Origin: Myxococcota bacterium | GTDB taxonomy: Bacteria > Myxococcota_A > UBA796 > GCA-2862545 | Assembly (NCBI GenBank): GCA_039208735.1 | Contig: JBCCQY010000028.1 | Location: 10,595 to 74,594, forward strand | Reading direction: 5' to 3' | Length of the DNA: 64,000 nt | Part shown: positions 56,434 through 64,000 of the stretch, piece by piece | Position numbering within the stretch: position 1 is the first letter of the stretch | How the letters are laid out: every line of letters begins with the position of its first letter | Notes under the pieces: generated by a model | Databases searched by the model: none | Told to the model about the DNA's origin: nothing | Seen by the model: the letters and a program-made list of their open reading frames with translations, nothing else | Program-made: the position numbers and the translations under genes

Positions 56434-59400
56434 TTGGCGTTGACACCAGAGCATATCGGGCCGTACCGCATCATCCGTCCCATCGCGTCAGGCGGGATGG
56501 CTGAGGTCTACGAGGTGCAGGACCCGGCAAGTGGCGAACGACTCGCGCTGAAGCTTCTGGTGGCCGTCCGCCAGGCCCTCAAGCGCTTCGATCGCGAATA
56601 CGAGGCGATGACCCGCCTCAATCATCCGGGCATCGTACGGGTGTACCACTACGGGCTGCATCAAGGGCATCCCTGGCTCACGATGGAGTTGCTGCGTGGC
56701 GTAGCCGCCCAGTCCCACATCAAACGAACCGGGCGCCCTGGCTCTCCACGCCGTCTCCGTGAAGTGCTGCGCCTGGGCTACCACGTCAGCAAGGCGCTGC
56801 ACTACATCCATGAGCGCAACCTGGTCCACCGCGATCTGAAGAGTGCAAATGTCATCGTGCTCCCCGATGACCGGGTCAAACTGCTCGACTTTGGCGCAGC
56901 CCACCTCGTGGACAGCCACCGCATCACCCAGGAAGGGGAGTTCGTAGGGACGTTTGCCTACGCGTCCCCCGAGCAGATCCTCGCCGGCCGGATCGACCAT
57001 CGCTCCGATCTGTACAGCCTGGGGGTGCTGTTGTTCCGCCTGGCGACGGGACGTCGCCCCTTCTCATCACGAGACCACGAACAGCTCATTCGCCAGCACC
57101 TCTACGAGCCCCCGCCCGATCCTCGGGAATTCGTGCCGACGCTGCCCAATGAGCTGTCGGATCTCGTCACCCGGCTGCTCGCCAAGTCGCCCGAAGACCG
57201 CGTCCAGACCGCGGACCGCGTGGCCACGACGCTTGAGCGCCTTCATTCGCGGCCGTTCACCACCCGCTCCCGCCTGGCCATTCACGAAGCTCAGAGTGCC
57301 CCACGAGGGCCCGAGCGCCATCGTTTGTGGGAACATCTCGAGGAAGGGCCCGAAAGCTCCCTCGTCGTGGTCACCGGGGAAGATGGGAGCGACCGTAGCC
57401 GATTGCTCGAAACCATCGACCGTGAATCCAAGGAACGGGGTGTCGCCTCCTACCTCGTCCAGCTCCGGCGGGGCGAAGCCATGGCTCGGCTGTGCGAGAC
57501 CCTCATCGCGATGGCCCAAGACTGTTTTCACCCCGACAAAGAGGCCTTGTCGGAGACGGTCGAAAAGTGCTGTACGCCGGCCGCCTTGGCCAACCCCACC
57601 GGCCGCGCGACCCTTCGCCAAGCGGCGGTCGACATCGCACGCCTGCGCGCGAGCAACCAGCCCGTGGTGATGTTGGTGCAGGAGGTCCACCGCGCCGACC
57701 CCTTGACCCTCGACCTGCTCGGGGGCCTTCGTCGCGGGCTCCAGCAAGTTCAGGACACGCCATTCAAAGTGGTGGCATCGTGTCGCAGCAGCGAGCTGGA
57801 ACCTGGCTCAGCGGTGTACCGCCGGCTCAATGACCCCATGGTCATTGCTCTATCGCCGCTCGACCCGCGTCAGATTGCCGTATCGGTGGGCCATATGCTG
57901 GGTCGCCGACCGCCAACGGCGGAGCTTGCCCGCCAGCTCCATGAAGTGACGGCCGGGCAGCCGCTCTACGTGGAAGAGACGGTGCAGCTACTGGTCGCCT
58001 CGGGGGGCATCGAAGCCGAAGACAGCCGCCTTGCCTGGGCGGACCAGACCACCGAGGTGCCCCGACCCGAGCGGGCCACCGCTGCCGCCGAGCGGGTGCT
58101 CCGGACCCTGCCGCTGACGTGGCGACGGGTCCTTGAAGCCCTAGCCGTCGCGGACGACGCCACCCAGCTCAGCGTGCTCGCGCGCTTGATTGGATGGTCC
58201 CAGGCCGAACTCAATGTGGCGGTCGATGGTCTGTGCGCACGCGGGGTCGTCCGGCGGAGCATCAGCGAGCCCACCGCCTTGTTGTGGCGCCACCCGCTGC
58301 TGCCCAAACTGCTTCGGGACCGTGTGAATCCCGCACGACGCGCGCTGTACCTGTCTCGCCTGGCCACGGCAGAATCCGAGGACCCTCACAGCAAGGGGCG
58401 CGTCGCCGCACTGGTGGCCACCGGCCGTGTGCAGGAGGCCGCGGTCCAAGCAAACTCGCTCACCAGCGAGCTGTTGACCCAACACCGCATTCGCAGCGTC
58501 CTCGAGATGGCGGAACCCGTGGTGGACCGCCTCCGCGTGGTGGATCGAGCGCCGGAGTGCGCGGAGCTGTTGCTGCAGTACGCCCGTTGCTTGCGGACGG
58601 TGGCGCCTACCGACCCCTCCAACGGTCGCACCCTGCAGCAGGCGCGCCAACTGGCCCAGCTCCTTGACGACTCGTTGCTCGTCGTCCGCACGGACCTTGA
58701 GCAAGCGAAGCTGTACAAGACCATCGGACACTACGGCGTCTACCGAAAGTACCTGGAGCAGGCCTTCGAGGGCCTACGTGAGCCGAACGACGAGCCGGCC
58801 ATCGCAGCGCACATCGCGATGGAGTACGCCACGAGCTACCGACTCCAGGGCCACGTGGCCAAGGCCGACGAGTGGGCCGCGATGGCCGTTGATCACGCCG
58901 AGACGAGCGGCGATGTCGCCCTGATGGGACGCGCGATCGTGGAGTCCGCCAGCTGCTTGCTGGCTTCTGGCCAGGTCGTCGAGGCCGAAGCCGCCTTCAG
59001 CTTGGCCATGGAGCACTTCGAGCGGGCGCACGACGCCTGTGGGCTATGGCGCGCGGTGGCCCGCTGGTCGCACACGCTTCGTCTGCAAGCCCGGTACTCA
59101 GAAGCGTTGGCCCAGCTTTACAAGCGACTTCCGGCGGCCAGCCAATGCCAGGACTCCGTCCCCTACGTGGAGTTGCTCCAGGCGACCGGTTGGGTCGAAC
59201 TCGATCTGTCGCGGCTCGGGCGAGCCCAGGAATGCACCGACGAACTCGCTGCGACCCTGCACAAGGGAGCCCACCTCTACCTTAGGCTCAAGACCAACCT
59301 GCTGACGGGGCGAATCCTTCTCGCCTCGGGTGAGCCGCAGACGGCCGCCTACGTGCTGCAGGAAGTCCACCGTTCTGCGCGGAACGCTCAGCTCGCCGTT

Positions 59401-59820
59401 CTCGCGGAACACGCCCGGGCGGTCCAGGCCGAAGCCCTTCATGCCATCGGGGATGCCGAGGGCGCGTCAAGTGCGTTCCAATCGGCCATTCTCGGTCTTC
59501 TCGGGGCCGGTGACGTCACCATTCTCGCTGAAGCCGTCCGAGGCCGGGCCCGGACTGCGGCGACCCGAGAAGATCCATCCGAGATCTTTCGGCACGTACG
59601 CACGCTCCTCGACGAACAACCCATGGTCTTGTTGCAGCTTGAGCATCTCCTTGCAAAAGGGGCATGGCACCGCGCTCGCCAGGACCCAGCGGCCTCCGAC
59701 CAGGCATTCAGGGAGGCGGCCATGGTACTCAATCGCATGGCCACCAACCTCTCGGACACGGATCGAGCGGCTTTGCGCGTCCATCCGTGGTCGAGCTGGA
59801 TTCGCCAGGGACGACGTTGA
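56434..59820 (+). CDS. Ser/Thr kinase - degenerate AAA/STAND NTPase - TPR protein (paralog A)
   Basis: GGMAEVY, HRDLKSAN, DFG and YASPE; Walker A-like GEDGSDRS; GQPLYVEE (GxP); TPR-like helices; TTG start at 56434 or 56440. Confidence 0.88.
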   Translation: MALTPEHIGPYRIIRPIASGGMAEVYEVQDPASGERLALKLLVAVRQALKRFDREYEAMTRLNHPGIVRVYHYGLHQGHPWLTMELLRGVAAQSHIKRTGRPGSPRRLREVLRLGYHVSKALHYIHERNLVHRDLKSANVIVLPDDRVKLLDFGAAHLVDSHRITQEGEFVGTFAYASPEQILAGRIDHRSDLYSLGVLLFRLATGRRPFSSRDHEQLIRQHLYEPPPDPREFVPTLPNELSDLVTRLLAKSPEDRVQTADRVATTLERLHSRPFTTRSRLAIHEAQSAPRGPERHRLWEHLEEGPESSLVVVTGEDGSDRSRLLETIDRESKERGVASYLVQLRRGEAMARLCETLIAMAQDCFHPDKEALSETVEKCCTPAALANPTGRATLRQAAVDIARLRASNQPVVMLVQEVHRADPLTLDLLGGLRRGLQQVQDTPFKVVASCRSSELEPGSAVYRRLNDPMVIALSPLDPRQIAVSVGHMLGRRPPTAELARQLHEVTAGQPLYVEETVQLLVASGGIEAEDSRLAWADQTTEVPRPERATAAAERVLRTLPLTWRRVLEALAVADDATQLSVLARLIGWSQAELNVAVDGLCARGVVRRSISEPTALLWRHPLLPKLLRDRVNPARRALYLSRLATAESEDPHSKGRVAALVATGRVQEAAVQANSLTSELLTQHRIRSVLEMAEPVVDRLRVVDRAPECAELLLQYARCLRTVAPTDPSNGRTLQQARQLAQLLDDSLLVVRTDLEQAKLYKTIGHYGVYRKYLEQAFEGLREPNDEPAIAAHIAMEYATSYRLQGHVAKADEWAAMAVDHAETSGDVALMGRAIVESASCLLASGQVVEAEAAFSLAMEHFERAHDACGLWRAVARWSHTLRLQARYSEALAQLYKRLPAASQCQDSVPYVELLQATGWVELDLSRLGRAQECTDELAATLHKGAHLYLRLKTNLLTGRILLASGEPQTAAYVLQEVHRSARNAQLAVLAEHARAVQAEALHAIGDAEGASSAFQSAILGLLGAGDVTILAEAVRGRARTAATREDPSEIFRHVRTLLDEQPMVLLQLEHLLAKGAWHRARQDPAASDQAFREAAMVLNRMATNLSDTDRAALRVHPWSSWIRQGRR

Positions 59821-62800
59821 ACGAGCAGACCTCGAGTTCCATTCCCAAGGAAATCGGACCCTACCGGGTCCTTCGGCCCATTGCCCGCGGAGGGATGGCC
59901 GAGGTCTACGAGGTGGAAGAGCGCTCCAGCGGCGAACACCTCGCGTTGAAGCTGCTTGTGCAAACCGGCGGGGCGCTTCCGCGATTCAATCGCGAATATG
60001 AAGCCATGATCCGCCTTAATCACCCGAACATCGTCCGGGTGTATGCCTACGGCTTGCATGGGCAGTCCCCATGGCTGTCGATGGAACTCATCGAGGGCAC
60101 GCCCATCCAGGCCTACGTGAAGCGCTGCGGCAAGCCCGGCACGGATGCGCGCACCGAGGAAGTCATTCGCCTCGGCCACGACCTGGCGTTGGCGCTCGAC
60201 CACATCCATCGCCGCGGACTGGTCCATCGCGACCTGAAATCGGCCAACGTGCTCGTCCTGCCCGATGGTCGCGTCAAACTCTTCGACTTCGGCACCGCGC
60301 GGGTGAGCGACCCGGTCCAGCAAATCACCAACGATGGTGAATTCATCGGCACCTTCGCCTACGCCTCGCCGGAGCAGCTCCTCAACGAGCACGTCGATGG
60401 GCGTTCGGACCTCTATTCGTTTGGGGTCCTGCTGTTCCGCATGGCCACGGGCAAGCGCCCCTTCGAGTCGAGCGACCTTGGCGAACTTGCCCGCATGCAC
60501 GTTCGGGACGCTCCGCCCAACCCCAAGTCGTTCGCCCCCACGCTGCCCGAAGGGCTCGAACGCATCATCCTCCAACTGCTGTCCAAGGCACCGGCCGACC
60601 GGCCGCAGACCGGGGCTGAGGTCGCCCACACCCTCGAAGGCCTGTCCGGCACGACCTTGCGCCTCCCCGGCACCCTCGACGTCGACCAAGGCCGCGAACG
60701 CCTCGTCGGCCGTGAAAAGCAGATGCGGGAGCTGCAGTCGTTCATCGACCATGCGGCCGATCTTCGAAATCCCGATGCGTCGGGCGCCATGGCGCTGGTC
60801 GTGGGGGTCGATGGATCGGGTCGCCATGCGATCATGGGCGCCATGGAACGGGAGGTCAGCCAGCGTGGCTGGCGCTCCGTCAGCATCTTCTTCCGCCCTG
60901 GGGCCAGCGACCTGATGCAGTTCGCCTATGCCCTGTCCGTGGTGTCGCGGTCGTTTGGCAACCTGTCGACCGACGAAATCCAAAGCGATGCGGACGCCAT
61001 CGAGCGCATGGTCCAAGCCACGAGTCTTGCCGTCGCCGAACGCCTCGAAGTGGTCCGACAGGCGGGAGCGAGGCTGCTCGACCGACGCGCTCACACCGAC
61101 CAAAACCCCGTCATCGTGTTCGTGCGAGGCCTCCAACACGCGGGTGCGGTCGGCTACGAGGCCCTCGCCGGCCTAAGGCAGGAACTCGCCAGCCTCGGGT
61201 CACGGGTCATGTTGATCGGCGACTGCACCGAACACGCGGACGACCCCGACTCTCTCGCCCGACGTCGGCTGAAGGATGCACGCCGCGTCCCCCTTCCGCC
61301 CATGTCACCCCGCGAAGTTGCGCTGCTCGTAGGCGCCATGCTGCATCGAAGGCCGCCTCCCGCCTCGGTGGCCCAGCGGATTTACAAGGCGAGCGGCGGC
61401 CTGCCCACCTACGTCGAAGAGGTCGTCCACGGTCTCATCGCCAACGGCATCCTTCGGGTGCGAAGCCGAGACCAAAATCGCATCGAGTGGGCCCAGCAGG
61501 AAAGCTGGGAAATCGAAGTGCCTGAAGGGGCCCGAGAACGCATCCTCGACCACTTCTCGGCCCTGCCGACGGATCGAAGGCGATGCCTTGAAGCCCTCGC
61601 CCTCATGGGCGGCGAAGGCTCGGTTCGCGTCGTGGCTGGCGCCGTTCAGCGCACCCAAGATGAAGTGCTGCCCACGTTGTTCGATCTCGCCAATCGAGGT
61701 TGGATCACCATGTCGAAGCGCAAGGGCTTCGACTACGCGACTTGGCGTCAGGTGCTCGCAGAAGACGTGGTCACGGGACAGCTCCAGCCGACGCGGCGAC
61801 GCCTTCTCGAACGGCTCATCATCCTGCAGGTGTCTGAACACCCAGCCTTCGCCGCGCAGATCCGGCTGCTACTCGCCACCGGCCAAACCCGGCACGCGTT
61901 CTTGCGGGCGCGGGATTGGGCCGTGCACCACCTCGCCTACAACGAGCCCGTGACCGCGGTGGATGTCCTCGACGATGTGGTGCCCCAGCTCGCAGAACCT
62001 GCGTCCGGCGTCGATGACGTATTGCGGGGGCAACTCCTGCTGCTGTACGCGAACTGTTTGCTCGCTTCGAACCCGACCGACGGCAATGCGACCAAGGCCC
62101 TCGCCCGAGCGGAACGGTGCTTGAAGCGCACGGGGTTGTCGGCCGCCGAGCAGGCCGTGTTCGACGGTGAGATGCACCTCACACGGGCCCAAATCCATCG
62201 GGCGATCGGTCACTTTCCGAGCTTTCGCCGTGAACTCGACGAAGCGTGGCGGCACGTCGAATCCACCCCGCCGAGTGCCCTCGGGGCCATGATCGCCACC
62301 CTTCGAGGCTGGTCCGACCGTACCCAAGGCGACGTCGAAGAAGCCGCGACCTGGCACGGCCGGGCCCGCCGGCTGGCGATTGAAGTTGGAGACCCTGCCG
62401 TTCGTGCACACGCCGATACGGGCGTCGCAGGCTGGCAATTCTCGCGAGGTCTCCTCACCGAAGCCGAAGCCACCGTATGGAGCGCGATCAGCGTATTCGG
62501 GGATGTCGGCGACCTGCGAGGCATTGCCGAGGCCCTGCCCGTCTGGACCCACAGCTTGCGCATCCAGGGACGCTTTTCGGAGGCGCTCGGCCTCCTCTAC
62601 CATCAAATGCCGATGATTCGGCAGTGCGAAGTTCCCACCTTCTACGTGCGACTCCTCCTTGCGAATGCATGGTGTGAGGTCGACCTCGGACGCCTAGGAC
62701 AAGCGCAGGAGTGCGTCGACGAACTCGCAGCGACGCTTCGCCGGGCGGAACACCTCGACCTTCGATTGGAAGTCGACCTCGTGTGGGGACGCATCGAAGT

Positions 62801-63317
62801 GGCGTCGGGCCTGTTCGATGACGCGGTGCAGCGCTTGGGCGGCGTGGTGCAACGAGCCGAAGCGGCTGGACTCACCGTCATCGCCGAACAAGCACGGGCC
62901 CTGCAAGCCGAGGCTCGCTGGTCGTCGGGCGACCGAAGCAGTGCCCTGACCCAGTTCAGCGCCGCAGTCAACGCACTTCGCCGTTCTGGGGACGTCCCGG
63001 CGCTCGCTCTCGCCTGCGTCTCCCAGGCCCGTGCGATGAGCGAGAGCGTCGACCCCGACCTCGTGTTCAAGCCGCTCGCCGACTGGCTTGAATCGCAACC
63101 TGCGGTGTGTGTGCGCATCGAACGACAGATCGCGCGAGGCCGGCACCTCAAGGCCATGGGTAAGGACTCGGATCCTGCCTATGCGAGAGCCGGCGACATG
63201 ATCGAGCAACTCGCTCAACCCCTGTCACCGACCGATGCCACGGCCTTCCGCCTGCATCCCTGGTCGCAATTCCTGCGCCGATCGCGCCAGCCCACGAAGC
63301 CGCCCACCCGCATGTAG
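59817..63317 (+). CDS. Ser/Thr kinase - degenerate AAA/STAND NTPase - TPR protein (paralog B)
   Basis: Same kinase motifs; LVGRE, GVDGSGRH and GLPTYVEE; TTGA start/stop overlap with paralog A. Confidence 0.88.
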   Translation: MNEQTSSSIPKEIGPYRVLRPIARGGMAEVYEVEERSSGEHLALKLLVQTGGALPRFNREYEAMIRLNHPNIVRVYAYGLHGQSPWLSMELIEGTPIQAYVKRCGKPGTDARTEEVIRLGHDLALALDHIHRRGLVHRDLKSANVLVLPDGRVKLFDFGTARVSDPVQQITNDGEFIGTFAYASPEQLLNEHVDGRSDLYSFGVLLFRMATGKRPFESSDLGELARMHVRDAPPNPKSFAPTLPEGLERIILQLLSKAPADRPQTGAEVAHTLEGLSGTTLRLPGTLDVDQGRERLVGREKQMRELQSFIDHAADLRNPDASGAMALVVGVDGSGRHAIMGAMEREVSQRGWRSVSIFFRPGASDLMQFAYALSVVSRSFGNLSTDEIQSDADAIERMVQATSLAVAERLEVVRQAGARLLDRRAHTDQNPVIVFVRGLQHAGAVGYEALAGLRQELASLGSRVMLIGDCTEHADDPDSLARRRLKDARRVPLPPMSPREVALLVGAMLHRRPPPASVAQRIYKASGGLPTYVEEVVHGLIANGILRVRSRDQNRIEWAQQESWEIEVPEGARERILDHFSALPTDRRRCLEALALMGGEGSVRVVAGAVQRTQDEVLPTLFDLANRGWITMSKRKGFDYATWRQVLAEDVVTGQLQPTRRRLLERLIILQVSEHPAFAAQIRLLLATGQTRHAFLRARDWAVHHLAYNEPVTAVDVLDDVVPQLAEPASGVDDVLRGQLLLLYANCLLASNPTDGNATKALARAERCLKRTGLSAAEQAVFDGEMHLTRAQIHRAIGHFPSFRRELDEAWRHVESTPPSALGAMIATLRGWSDRTQGDVEEAATWHGRARRLAIEVGDPAVRAHADTGVAGWQFSRGLLTEAEATVWSAISVFGDVGDLRGIAEALPVWTHSLRIQGRFSEALGLLYHQMPMIRQCEVPTFYVRLLLANAWCEVDLGRLGQAQECVDELAATLRRAEHLDLRLEVDLVWGRIEVASGLFDDAVQRLGGVVQRAEAAGLTVIAEQARALQAEARWSSGDRSSALTQFSAAVNALRRSGDVPALALACVSQARAMSESVDPDLVFKPLADWLESQPAVCVRIERQIARGRHLKAMGKDSDPAYARAGDMIEQLAQPLSPTDATAFRLHPWSQFLRRSRQPTKPPTRM

Positions 63318-63326
63318 GATGGCGCC

Positions 63327-63830
63327 ATGGCCTCCGACCTCGTGCGGTATCGAAAGGTGCTTGATCCTGTTGCAAAAGCGGCACGGGAACAATCTTGGTA
63401 TAAAGAGCGCCCTTGGCGCACCAAAACCCACGTGGTCGAAGAGCACGGCGCGGTGGTGGTCGACCTGCATGACCTGCGCGCGGCCCTCGCCAAAAAGGCG
63501 GTCCATGCCGTGGTGGAAGCGGGCGTTCCCAAGGCCGGGGCGGTCGTCTTTGTGCACGGCCGAGGACAGCACAGCCTCGTCCCCGGTGGCGTGCTTCAGG
63601 GCGTCGTCACGGAAGCCCTTGGAAAAGCGTGTCTCAAGCATTCTGGATGGGCCGTCCGACGCGGTCGGCCGGGTCGGACGGTGTGGGTCACCGACCGGAA
63701 ACGCGCGCCCAAAGCCCACCTTGGAGGCGGAGGAATCGGCCTTTCATTAGGGATTGTGCTCTTCGTGTGTCTGTTCTTTGCTGCCGTTCTGTTTAGACTG
63801 GGCGTCCTTCCCTTGGACCTCTCACCCTGA
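63327..63830 (+). CDS. Smr/MutS2-C-like domain protein with C-terminal TM helix
   Basis: VDLHDL, FVHGRGQHS and G.L...V motifs; hydrophobic tail. Confidence 0.65.
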   Translation: MASDLVRYRKVLDPVAKAAREQSWYKERPWRTKTHVVEEHGAVVVDLHDLRAALAKKAVHAVVEAGVPKAGAVVFVHGRGQHSLVPGGVLQGVVTEALGKACLKHSGWAVRRGRPGRTVWVTDRKRAPKAHLGGGGIGLSLGIVLFVCLFFAAVLFRLGVLPLDLSP

Positions 63831-63929
63831 CTCGACACGGTCCAAGGGTTATCGAAGTCGCGCTGCTGTTTCTGGCGGCTCCTGCGCTTTCGCAGAGGCG
63901 GCCCAGATCTGACCGGAAGGGAGTCACGC

Positions 63930-64000
63930 ATGGAAATCCGCCCGGACGACGCCAATATCGCCACAACGTCCCGTCGAAAGGGTGATGACCCAGAGAATCC
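63930..64000 (+). CDS. Possible start of a CDS running off the window
   Basis: GGGAG RBS then ATG; reads MEIRPDDANIATTSRRKGDDPEN, open to the edge. Confidence 0.3.
   Translation, partial: MEIRPDDANIATTSRRKGDDPEN

Overview
GC-rich bacterial chromosomal window that looks like Myxococcota: four Hanks-type Ser/Thr kinases, a MYXO-CTERM-tailed protease, MopE-like Cys/Asp repeats and many lipoproteins. The taxon is inferred, not shown directly. Housekeeping genes (def, leuS, argS, asd, large NAD-glutamate dehydrogenase, 1-Cys peroxiredoxin) are interspersed with a flagellar gene set split into two oppositely oriented blocks: flhB-fliR-fliQ-fliP on minus, and motA-motB-fliL-fliM-fliN-fliO on plus. 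Two small Flp pilin genes missed by the ORF track follow the second block. Three candidates for undescribed systems stand out. (1) A PlpX/splicease-like radical SAM-SPASM enzyme overlaps a lipoprotein whose signal peptide begins with a CxxC-RH-CPFC motif and whose lipobox Cys is followed directly by YG. (2) A translationally coupled operon encodes a RecA/KaiC-fold ATPase with a Met/Pro/Gly/Gln low-complexity N-terminus, an ATP-dependent DNA ligase and a pentapeptide-repeat protein. (3) A coupled pair of kinase-degenerate STAND-TPR paralogs is followed by a membrane-anchored Smr-like protein. No rRNA, tRNA, CRISPR array or transposase was recognised. All family calls come from motif reading, not database searches.
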